Shown: piece by piece, positions 11,224-21,153 of the stretch
Position numbering within the stretch: position 1 is the first letter of the stretch
How the letters are laid out: the number at the start of each line of letters is the position of its first letter
Source: Octopus sinensis
Lineage: Eukaryota
Assembly (NCBI RefSeq): GCF_006345805.1
Contig: NW_021836995.1
Location: forward strand, 1-22,289
DNA length: 22,289 nucleotides
Reading direction: 5' to 3'
Notes under the pieces: model-generated
What the model was told of the DNA's origin: nothing
Databases searched by the model: none
The model's input: only the letters and a program-made list of their open reading frames with translations
Program-made: the position numbers and the translations under genes

Positions 11224-11225
<2 letters not shown>
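10777..11225 (+). mobile_element. Unclassified (AAT)n-embedded element, copy 3, lacking the last ~100 bp
   Basis: Starts ATGCCCTGATGCAGTACC. Homology stops at GGTTGTGATGCAT (11225), where (TA)n and a SINE begin. Confidence 0.85.
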
Positions 11226-11257
<32 letters not shown>

Positions 11258-11259
<2 letters not shown>

Positions 11260-11649
11260 TGCAGGAGTGGCTGTGTGGTAACTAGCTTGCCTACCAATGG
11301 CATGGTTCCGGTTCAGTCTTTCTTCATGGCACCTTGGGCAAGTGTCTTCTACTATAGCCACGGGCCGACCAAAGCCTTGTGAGTTGAGTTGGTAGACGGA
11401 AAGCAACCCGTTGTATATATATATGTGTGTATGCGTGTGTCTATTTGTACTTGTGTGTGTAGTGTGTTTGACCCTTCTCCACCGTCGCTTACAAACCGAT
11501 GTTGCTGTCTTTATGTCCCAATAAGCTAGCGGTACGGCAGAAGACAAAGATAGAATAAGTAGCAAGTTTACAAACTCTATTTATTCAACGAAATGCGGTG
11601 CTCCAGCGTGGCCGCTGTCACATGACTAAAACAAATAAAAGAATAAAAG
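11258..11649 (+). mobile_element. Full-length tRNA-derived CORE-type SINE (octopus OR-like): head, internal TA/TG microsatellite, tail
   Basis: It has an A-box-like TGGCTGTGTGGT, a B-box-like GGTTCAGTC and a CORE-like CCTTGGGCAAGT. The tail GCTTACAAACCGATG...GGTGCTCCAGCGTGGCCGC...ATGACTAAAACAAATAAAAGAATAAAAG is homologous to 14665-14858. A (TA)n run lies at the 5' end. Confidence 0.85.
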
Positions 11650-11780
11650 CGAGAATAAAAGAATACATACATACATACATATATAAAATTAAATTAGAGA
11701 TAAAACCACTATTAGGCAACTCAAACAGTGATATACTCCCTAATATTATTATAAGATATATATATATATATATATATATA

Positions 11781-11940
11781 GGCGTGGAGGTGTGGTAAGT
11801 AGCTTGCTTCACAACCACATACTCCTCGGGCTCAGTCCCACAGAGTGGCATCTTGGGCAACTTTCTTCTACTACAAACACGGGCCGACCAAATCCTTGTG
11901 AATGGATTTGGTAGCCAGAAGCTGAAAGAGGCCCGTCGAA
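11781..11940 (+). mobile_element. Same SINE family, head module only, flanked by (TA)n on both sides
   Basis: GGCGTGGAGGTGTGGTAAGTAGCTTGC...TCTTGGGCAAC...GGGCCGACCAAATCCTTGTGAATGGATTTGGTAG...GCCCGTCG is colinear with 11258-11415. Confidence 0.85.
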
Positions 11941-11996
11941 TATGTGTATGTATATACGTGTATATATATATATATATACGTGTATATATATATAAC

Positions 11997-12070
<74 letters not shown>

Positions 12071-12075
12071 GTATG
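11941..12075. repeat. (TA)n/(TATG)n microsatellite
   Basis: Read directly from the sequence. Confidence 0.95.
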
Positions 12076-12119
12076 TAATATGTTTATATATCAAAATAAT
12101 CAGCAAGGATAATTTGTGT

Positions 12120-12620
12120 ATCTCTATAAATTCATACTTAGGTTATACACTATACTGGTATTCACTGTTTATAAAAAAATACTCCTTAGATTAAAATTTT
12201 ATTAATATATAATTAGTATGGTCCTTTACCATAATACTCCTTTATTAATACCAGAATATACCAATTAATCAATATTCCCAGATACCATCTGATGAGTTAG
12301 CATTTAAGTATACAATATGTATAAATATTAAACTATTTCTGGATAAATTCTTTTCCTCTATTGTGATAAAAGTTTGGTATATACTCAAAAGTATTCATAA
12401 ATTTCTATCCTTTTGTTATAATATTCTTCTTAATAATCCTCTGAATAACTCTAAACTTTAACTGTATACATTATAGCAACATTGTTTAAAATATTGTACT
12501 ACATGATAAGACTTCCCCTGTTTCATTATCAATGGTCTGCTAGTGGGAGACCCCCTTGATTATCAGCTAACAACTTGTTTTAAGTTTTTCCTTTCTAAAC
12601 CTCATGATTTTACTTATAAT
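12120..12620 (-). mobile_element. Possible highly decayed L1/Tx1-type ORF2 C-terminal remnant
   Basis: One minus frame (with stops) reads CIQLKFRVIQRIIKKNIITKG...LINWYILVLIKGVLW*R. This resembles the Q(F/Y)RIIHRI..N and L..K..IW..R segments flanking the L1-clade CCHC, but the knuckle itself is not recognisable. Confidence 0.35.
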
Positions 12621-12938
12621 AAATCTTGATTTTTTATGACTATACCAGCTATACACGCAGATATACGAGTGTATGTAAATACATATATGTATAAAGGAAT
12701 GAGACATATGCATGACAGTCGCCCTTATGCACCGGATAGTCTTACACTCATATGCATACCTACACACGTACACTTATACATAAAACGAAAATGTTACTAT
12801 CGATCAATTTTATTAAGGGTAAGCACTACCTATCTTGCCTACCCAGGCGGCATGCCCCTGATACACATGCATACATATATATGCGTATTCATATATATAT
12901 TTACTCTACATATATATTATATATATATTATAGTACGC

Positions 12939-13064
12939 ATATATAATTATAATAATTTTAATGACAGAGAAAAATCTAAATGATATGTATGTATATATAT
13001 ATATATATTTATTATATACATATTTAGACTTTTCTCTGTTATTGAAACTATTATAATTATATAT
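12939..13064. repeat. Imperfect 43-bp inverted repeat around a TA-rich spacer (small MITE-like hairpin)
   Basis: Arm 12939-12981 and the reverse complement of 13022-13064 are identical at 39 of 43 positions. Confidence 0.8.
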
Positions 13065-14040
13065 ATGTAAAGTCATATATATATATATATATTATATATA
13101 TAGACATATATGCAAGCATCTATGTATATAAACATATATAATGGTGTGTGTGTACGTACATACATACATACATACATACATCAACATGTAATACAACATA
13201 TTAATGTGTAGATTCGATTTGTGTGTAGAGGCTGTAAGCGTTTAATTAATTAGAGATGGGCGTGGTAGAGAGGCAAGTGTCTCGACATGTATCACGCGTG
13301 AAATCCATAACGAAAGCAATTAAACATGATAGAGTAATATCCTTGCATTTATTGTCTCGTTCGGGAAGTAGAAGGCCAATATTACAGACCGATCGCGTTT
13401 CTCGTTAAGTTTTTATTAAAGGGGATACGGAGACAGCAGTAGTGGTAAGGAGAGACAGAGCGAAGAGATGTAAGGAAGATGTGAGGTAGGTGTATGAGAC
13501 ACAGCAAGAGAAGGAAAGAAATGAAGACGGAAAGTAGGAAAGAAGGTAGAAAGGAGAGAGAAAAATAAACATAGAAGAAATTATTTGTAATTTTGTTGTT
13601 CACAAATTGTTAATAACGTTTCATTGCATTTTTCCTCGGGAATCGTACAATCTTATTTGCTTGTAAATTTTTGAAATGTATGTATGTGTGTGTGCGTATG
13701 TGTGCGTATGTGTGTGTTTGTATGTGTGTTTCTATGTACATATGAATATGCGTATCTATCTATAAGTGTTTATGATTAAATGTGTGTATTTGTCACTATG
13801 TAGACATATATACACATATTTATGTGTGAATATATGTATGTGTCTATGTGTGTGTGTGCGTATATATATGTGTGCACGCGTGTATTTATGTGTGTATATA
13901 AGTGTACTTGTGTGCGCGCGTGTGTGTGTATCATGTAGTTATATATATGTATATCTATGAATACAAGTGCACATTCATACTCACACTCGCAGACACACAA
14001 ATATTTACATGCATACTTATAAACACACACATCCTCACAT

Positions 14041-14139
14041 ACGACAGGCTTCTTTCAGTTTCCGTCTACCAAATCCACTCACAAAGCTTTGGTCAGCCCG
14101 ATGCTATAACAGTAAGCACCTGGAACCATGTGGTTGAGG
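14041..14139 (-). mobile_element. SINE head fragment, internally deleted
   Basis: CGACAGGCTTCTTTCAGTTTCCGTCTACCAAATCCACTCACAAAGCTTTGGTC...GGAACCATGTGGTTG is the reverse complement of the SINE head. Confidence 0.8.
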
Positions 14140-14354
14140 GCATATATGTGTGGATACGCTAATGCGAATGCATGTAAAGCGCATGTTAATATATATAGTT
14201 TTTGATAAACTTCTAGATCGCACCTAATATTTATTGGCACACGCTTATATTTACACTCACGCGCACAAACACACTTTCAGACGCGCATATGATACAAATG
14301 CATGCACACACATTGACAGACGTTTCTGAACTGCGACACCAATTACAACATCCA

Positions 14355-14550
14355 TTGTCAGCGCGTCGGTGTTTCCATGATGCTTGACCTCCAGATCGTG
14401 AGCCTCATGAATGGCACTGTGGATTCTTTTGGCCTACCACTCCATATCACCCTTAACACAATAGTAAAGCATGGCCTACAAGCCGCAACTTCCTTCTCAG
14501 CTCGAGGTAGCGCGGTTAGACTAGGGGACGAAAAAGCCGGACGGCATGAC
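14355..14550 (-). mobile_element. Possible RTE-like LINE ORF 3' remnant
   Basis: This is a GC-richer island. Minus frames give ELRRKLRLVGHAL and VLRVIWSGRPK, which resemble the RRLRxxGH...GRP motifs at the C-terminus of RTE ORFs. The match is short and weak. Confidence 0.3.
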
Positions 14551-14600
14551 CATTTCTCGTTCCTTGGCGAGATATATTTCCTTATTTTGTAAGTTATATA

Positions 14601-14645
<45 letters not shown>

Positions 14646-14664
14646 CGTGTGTGTGTGTGTGTGT

Positions 14665-14858
14665 GTCTTGTTGTCCAACCAACATCGCTTGACAACCGAT
14701 GCTGGTGTGTTTACCTCCCCGTAACTTAGCGGTTCGGCAAAAGAGATCGATAGAATAAGAACACGGCTTACAAAATAATAGTCCAGGGGGCGATTTGCTC
14801 GACTAAAGGCGATGCTCCAGTATGGCCACAGTTAAATGACTGAAACATGTAATAGAAT
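14665..14858 (+). mobile_element. SINE tail module following (TA)n(TG)n, with no head upstream
   Basis: CGCTTGACAACCGATGCTGGTGTGTTTAC...CTTAGCGGTTCGGCAAAAGAG...GCTCCAGTATGGCCACAG...ATGACTGAAAC is homologous to 11480-11649. Confidence 0.85.
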
Positions 14859-15230
14859 CAAATCGCTCTGTGATAAAATTATTTAGACGAAGTGGTAACG
14901 TTTTTTCTCTCACAGTATTCTTAAATATGTCGCTGTGTTGGCTAAGTCTAAATATGAAGGCGTTTGTCTTTCCTGAATATGTCTAGTTATAATAGATTTA
15001 TGTTAAGCAGGAAATTATGAGTTCCCGTCTCGATACACTCCTCATGTATGAAGATTTTCTTTTCATGTCAGCTAAATTATAGATAGTACGATAAAATTGC
15101 AAATTTCTGTTGAGTATTTAAATTCCCTATCATTGATCAAGAATCTAACGATAGAACATTGCAATGAGACCGAACACTAAATTATATATTTACACACACT
15201 CACACACACACACACATACACACACATATA

Positions 15231-15277
15231 TGACAGGCTTCTTTCAGTTTCCGTTTACCAAATCCACTCAGAAGGCA
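15231..15277 (-). mobile_element. Short SINE head fragment (3' part of the head)
   Basis: GACAGGCTTCTTTCAGTTTCCGTTTACCAAATCCACTCAGAAGGC matches 14041-14090 and 15821-15870. Confidence 0.8.
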
Positions 15278-15680
15278 TATACCATGACAGTTTGCTTTTC
15301 TTAGCCTGACGAGCGCTGGAACCTGGACTAGTAGGTGAATACGCCAAGGAACGAGAAATATATTGGATATATTTGGGGTACTTAGATCTGCTCAGGACTT
15401 AGTGCTTGCTTTTTCCATGAGTATGAGTAAGTATTTCATTTATGTCTTACGTATTTATCGCTGAGGAGGGAAAAATTCTTATGAATTAACCCCGAAATTG
15501 GGACCAATACGGTAATAACGGATTTTTTAGAAATTTCTATCGGCTTGTTCCGAGACGCATAAATTATAATGGTTATTGACAATTTTGTCTTTTTTCGGCA
15601 TATTTGGCACTAGAATTTTTCTTTTTTCGTAAGTTATTTTTTATTTTGTAAGTTATTTATAAATTAACATTTAAAGGTAT
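15278..15680 (+). mobile_element. Probable Penelope-like/retrozyme-type terminal repeat remnant carrying a broken type-I hammerhead
   Basis: CTTAGC-CTGACGA-GCG...CGC/GCCAAG at 15300-15348 (see findings). The 3' extent is a guess. Confidence 0.35.
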
Positions 15681-15750
15681 TTTTTTATATGCTGGCCATT
15701 GATAAAATTTTTGTTTCGAAAAAAAATTTATCCACATCATACTTAGGTGT

Positions 15751-15804
<54 letters not shown>

Positions 15805-15820
15805 TATATTATATATATAT

Positions 15821-15980
15821 ACGACGGGCTTCTTTCAGTTTCCGTCTACCAAATCCACTCACAAGGCTTTGGTCGGCTGAGCTATAGTAGAAGACACTTG
15901 CCCAAGGTGCCACGCAGTGGGACTGAACCCGGAACTGTGTGGTGGCAAGCAAGCTACTTACCACACAGCCACTCCACGCC
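15821..15980 (-). mobile_element. SINE head module, well conserved, ending in (TA)n
   Basis: The reverse complement reads GGCGTGGAGTGGCTGTGTGGTAAGTAGCTTGC...GGGTTCAGTCCCACTGCGTGGCACCTTGGGCAAGTGTCTTCTACTATAGC...GAAAGAAGCCCGTCGT, with A box, B box and CORE-like block. Confidence 0.9.
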
Positions 15981-17346
15981 TATAATTGTAGGTAATTAAT
16001 TATGAAATATTTGGAGATATTAGCCTACCTATTCCAAAGTAACAACACAGTCTACACAGAAATTACAACAATCTTCACTGCTCCCACTTAAATGTGGATA
16101 ACTATGAGCACAGACTTTACTGCGGTTGTTGCAGTGAGAGAAACTTTCACATTGGTTTTTTGGTGCAAAATACATTCTTATTTATAGCACTAGCAGGCAG
16201 ATAAATCCGCTACCTAGAGGCAAGACAATCAGAGCACGGAATTTCCAATCTCTTTGGGCTTGTCAATAATGGACACTCGACCGCTAGAGATAACAGCAAT
16301 TCAACTACCCGCCAGAGATATATAGATTGATAGAGCCAGAATAGGCACCGGTTTGCGATTATACACACATTATAGATAAATATAGATAGATAGATAGATA
16401 GATAGTTTGGAAGATAGATAGATATCCATGTATCCATATATCTGCATATGTATTTATATGCATGTTCTCATGAATGTGGCTGGAAAAATACAAGAGAAAC
16501 AGGACATCTATAGACCATAAGATAATGAGTTTGCAAATCCAGCAACAAAGATACATTTTCAGCTTTAAAGCTATTATGATTGGAGAAACAAGGATACGTA
16601 CCAAACTCTCTCGAGCAAAGCAGGGCAGAAGTTAGGAACTTGGGGACAGAATGCAAATCTATAATTTATATGCTACAATTCATATTTGGAAATATAAAAA
16701 TCTGCAAGACCTTCTTAAAATTTGAAGGATGATGGTTAAAAGAAAGTCATTTCCTTCACAAGGTATACATACATACATATATGCATGCATGCATAAATAC
16801 AAACATACATACACATGCGTGTATGTGAGTATTTATGTAAGTGTACATATATGTAGGAATGTGTTTACATCTTGAATGCCTCTCGCATCGAAAGGAGTCC
16901 TTGAAAACAGGGTAATTATGTGTGTGTGTGTGTGTGTGTGTGTGTGAGCGGAGACATGTGTTTTGATAGGGGAATAAATAGTTTGATAAATAGATCTCAA
17001 CATGTAGAACCATTACTTTCCGACACGATTTCTTTGTCTCACCGACACAATTTCTTTCTCGTACTCTCCATTTATTTTTTTGTCACATTCCCTTTTGTCG
17101 AAGAGCGTAGGATTGAAACGTCAAAAACTTTTCCCTTTTTCCCCCGAGCGTCAAACTAAAACGCATGCTTGTTGTTTCCTCACCTGTCTCTCTCTTTTGT
17201 GTGTATGTGAACTACACATACACACACAGCGACACACACACACGCGCACACACACGTGTGTGTGTATATATATATGTATGTATATATGCATACATACATA
17301 TATACATAGATCCATACATACATTTTTGACGTTTCAAGCCTACGCT

Positions 17347-17877
17347 TGTGTGTGTGTGTGTGTGTGTGTGTGTTAGAAATCTACGGATACACTAATGCGC
17401 AAAACGGAGAAATTGAAACAACCCCGAGTGGGGGAACAGTTCTTCAAAAAACCCTCGATTGTTTTCCTCCAAAAGTTCCTATGTGCTCGGAATCTATATA
17501 GTCCGAGGTATATTTGTAGAGAATTTCATTAAAAAATATCCATTTTCTTGAAAGTTAAGACGAATGAAGTGGACTCCGGTAAATTTTCAGAAGTTCCCCA
17601 TCCAACGCCCTCCTAAAACACTTTCTCCACAAAATTTTGTATAATCAAAATCTACATGATTTTCTACACGTAGAAATTTTCATTAAAAAATGCCCATTTT
17701 TCTGTGAGTTATCTTCATCCAAAATCGGGGAGAAAGAAATTTGTTGTTACGCCAGATAATCATTTACTCCTTTCATCTCACTTTCTCCTACAATCGAAGG
17801 TTTTTTTGAAGAACTGTTCCCCCACTCGGGGTTGTTTCAATTTCTCCGTTTTGCGCATTAGTGTATCCGTAGATTTC

Positions 17878-17910
<33 letters not shown>
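17347..17910. repeat. Foldback/MITE-like structure: perfect 79-bp inverted arms (17373-17451 / 17802-17880) extended by (TG)13 and (CA)15
   Basis: The arms match 79/79 when compared base by base, with imperfect extension to 17461/17791. The spacer is ~330 bp. Confidence 0.92.
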
Positions 17911-17913
<3 letters not shown>

Positions 17914-18219
17914 AATTAAAAATGTTCAAGCGGGGAATTATTCCATTCAATATCATGTATATTATAGAGATTATGTAACAAATTATATTTGTGTATTTAA
18001 CTGTGCGTGTATATTCCTTATTTTTGCTTCTGGTGTCTTCTGCCTTTCTATTAGAAACGTTTACCTAGGAATTTACTTCAAGTGAAAAAAAATTATATGC
18101 AACAGATAACTCGTCTTAATAACATATTTCTGTGTATGAGAACTTTAGCTGTTGTTTTTAGCATAACGAGTTTTCTGGTGAGGGTTTCATTTGCCTTTAT
18201 TGCCTGTTTGTTGCTTCAG

Positions 18220-19060
18220 TAGAAATCTGATACGGACGACTTCTTCCGAAACACCCCCAAGTGGGGAACAGTTCTCAAAAATAACCTCTAATTGTTTTCT
18301 CCCAAAGTTCCTATGTCCTCAGAAACTACATATTCTGATGTATATTTGTAGAGTATTTCATTAAATAATATCCATTATGGACACCGGGGAATTTTCCGAA
18401 ATTCCCCACGCCATCCTCTCCTGAAACACTTCCCATAAAAATTTTGCATATCTGGAATCTACATGATATAATGCATATTCGTTAAAAAAATTATTAAAAA
18501 ACTAGCAGTATCGCCCGGCGTTGCTCGGGTTTGTAAGGGAAATAACTATATAAGCATTTTTAGAGAGTTACTTCCCTTATAGATGCCAATTCGGGCTTTC
18601 TTAGCCATTTCTGTTTTGGTGTCTTCAAGCCATGAAGTCGTTGTTCTAAAAGAATGCTGGTCTCCTTGACAACGACGTTGATTTCTTTACACTCCCTTCC
18701 CCACAGCTTCACGAGGAGGGAAGAAGAAGGGGGAGAAGCAAACAGGTGCAGGTGTGACCATTGACGCCAACTCCGCCGCCATCGACACACGAAAAATATG
18801 CATAAAATGGAATAAAAAATGATGTTAAATTATTTTTAAAATCGTAGATCAGCGTAGACGCGCGCTAATACTCAGACGGGCTCGATATGAATCACGACTA
18901 TAAGATACCCGAATTGTTTAAACTGCACCGCAAAATGTGGGAGTAGTTAGGAATCTAATTCGAAGGGGACAGACACTCACACAACTACAGTTTTATATAT
19001 ATAGATATCCATTTTCTGAAAGTATATCGTCCAAATTGAATGTGGGTGGGTAGTTATGCC
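18220..19060 (+). repeat. Diverged paralog of the 17373-17760 repeat, split by a Helitron at 18501/19006
   Basis: It shares the blocks TAGAAATCT..GATAC, GAAACA.CCCC.AGTGGGG.AACAGTTCT, CAAAGTTCCTATGT, TATATTTGTAGAG.ATTTCATTAAA and AATCTACATGAT. Homology resumes at 19006 (TATCCATTTTCTGAAAGT). Confidence 0.8.
18502..19005 (-). mobile_element. Non-autonomous Helitron (504 bp)
   Basis: The minus strand starts with TC(TATATATATAAAA) at 19005 and ends with CTAG at 18502. A GC hairpin at 18513-18530 lies 11 nt from the 3' end. It is inserted between A and T with no TSD, and the empty site matches the paralog at 17531-17556. Confidence 0.88.
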
Positions 19061-19193
19061 GAATATCTAGTGAAGTTCATTAGCTTACAGCTATCTCTGT
19101 TATAAGATGCATTGGAGTGCTTCAATAACAGTTTATAGCGTCATCGGAGCCTCGAATATGACGGGCGAAATATATGGGAAAGAATTATATTAA

Positions 19194-19196
<3 letters not shown>

Positions 19197-19251
<55 letters not shown>
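19197..19251. repeat. (TA)n microsatellite
   Basis: Read directly from the sequence. Confidence 0.95.
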
Positions 19252-19253
<2 letters not shown>

Positions 19254-20029
19254 TAAAAACATTACCAATGAGAAAGCCACTCGTACGGCGGGGATAAATG
19301 TCAAGGGCTCCTCCCATAAATTAAGCTGATGATGTTCATTAGAGTATCGTTTATATCATTGTCGTGTAATTTTCTTATTTCCGTCCGCCCTGTACAAGAC
19401 TAATATTTCGATCAGGAGCATATATATATATATTGGGTTCTATACCAGGTTATTAGTTTCCGCAATGCCCAGGCGAAATATACACACATATATAGACACA
19501 AATATACACACATATTGTGTGTGTGTACTCACACACACATACACATACATACACACGCGTGCTATATTTTGTGTGTATATGTGCTGGTATGTTATCCCTT
19601 TATCTTTGTGTATAATCACGCAAATGTGTTTGTCTGTATGGAGATATAACGAGTGCACGTGTCAGTTCGTCCGTGTGTATGATCGTATATTAATCAACAC
19701 CGATATTTAAGGCATTTAAATGAAATTACTTTTGGGTAAATCGATTTGCCTCTCAAATGAGTGTTAATTTCCAACTTCAAATTAGCAAAATCGTTATACA
19801 TCATTGTAGAAAAGCATTAACATTATTACCTTATGTATTTTTTGAAATTTTATTTTGGGTAAAGCATAGAAAATTCAATTAACAATTACAGTTAAGATAA
19901 TTAATAATACGAATTATTAAATTATTTTACTTAGCGGTTTAAAATATTTATTAATTCATAAATTCGTTAATAACGTTCATTAAACGGACGTAATCCATAT
20001 ATCATAAACACGTATAGAATGCATATATA

Positions 20030-20345
20030 AATGTGTATATATATGTATATATGTATAAATATGTATATGTATATATATATATATATCTATATATATATAT
20101 ATATATACAAACCTATATATATATATAGTTATATAGATAGATACATGTATAAGAATATAAACATATGTATGTGTGTATATATCCATGTATGAATGTATGT
20201 ATGTATGTATGTATGTATGTATGTATGTATGCATGTATGTATGTGCGTATGTATGTATGTATGCATGTATGTATGTTGTGTGTGTATGATGTATGTATGT
20301 ATGCATGTATGTATGCAGTGTGTATGTAAGTATGCATGTATGTAA
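20030..20345. repeat. Compound (TA)n/(TATG)n microsatellite
   Basis: Read directly from the sequence. It accounts for the HTYI-repeat ORFs. Confidence 0.93.
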
Positions 20346-21122
20346 AATGTGCACTTTTCTCACGATTCTTTGATATAATTTATACCCTCCCAGCCTAATT
20401 GCGGTTAAATACACATCCTTTGAGAAATTACTGAATATGCATTAAAACTGAAAATTGCTATTATTTCTATAAATACTCATTTAATTTACATTAGTGTATT
20501 TTGTGTTTGTAAATTTACTATATACGTGCGTTTTTGTATGTACACTTATACCTATATATATACACTTACATATATACATGTATATACATATATATATACA
20601 TATTTAAATATATATATATATACATACATATTTATACATATATACACACCTGTGTGTGTGTGCGTGTGTGTGTGTGTAATTATAATATATTCCCTCACTT
20701 CAATGAAATATATTTTAACACAACCATTTAATTAGTAGCATACTAACAATCTTTTTATCTACCCTGTGTATATGTGTGCGAACGTGTGAGCTTGTATATG
20801 TGAGTATATGTATGTGTGACACAGAGAGATTCAGAGTCAAACAGAAAGAGCGAGATGGAATGGAGAGTGAGTGATTATGCAGCAATTTAAAAATTAAAAA
20901 AATTGCAGCAAAAAATACTAATAAATAGATATAAAAGAAACAACTAAAATCTTAATACACTTTCAACTATTTAAATTGCAAATTATCTCCATAAGCATTA
21001 AAAAATAAAGTAGGCTTGATATATTTCGAAATCTCGTATTTATGAGAGGAAATGTTTTCAATATATACCATATATATATGGTTATATATATTAAGTTTAT
21101 ATATATATATATATATATAGAT

Positions 21123-21153
<31 letters not shown>

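Noticed and set aside
12289-12296. CTGATGAG hammerhead-like core
   Set aside because: No downstream helix II/GAAA. It is likely a chance match.
13300-13640. Purine-rich block with AATAAA-like motifs resembling a solo LTR
   Set aside because: No TG...CA termini, TSD or second copy could be identified.
11014-14162. ORFs rich in YI/HT/CV repeats (also at 16756-17376 and 19440-21209)
   Set aside because: They are translations of TA, CA/TG and TATG microsatellites and antisense SINE or repeat sequence.
16515-16630. Frame MSLQIQQQRYIFSFKAIMIGETRIRTK loosely resembling a small-GTPase N-terminus
   Set aside because: No GxxxxGKS P-loop, and a stop follows quickly. It is probably coincidental.
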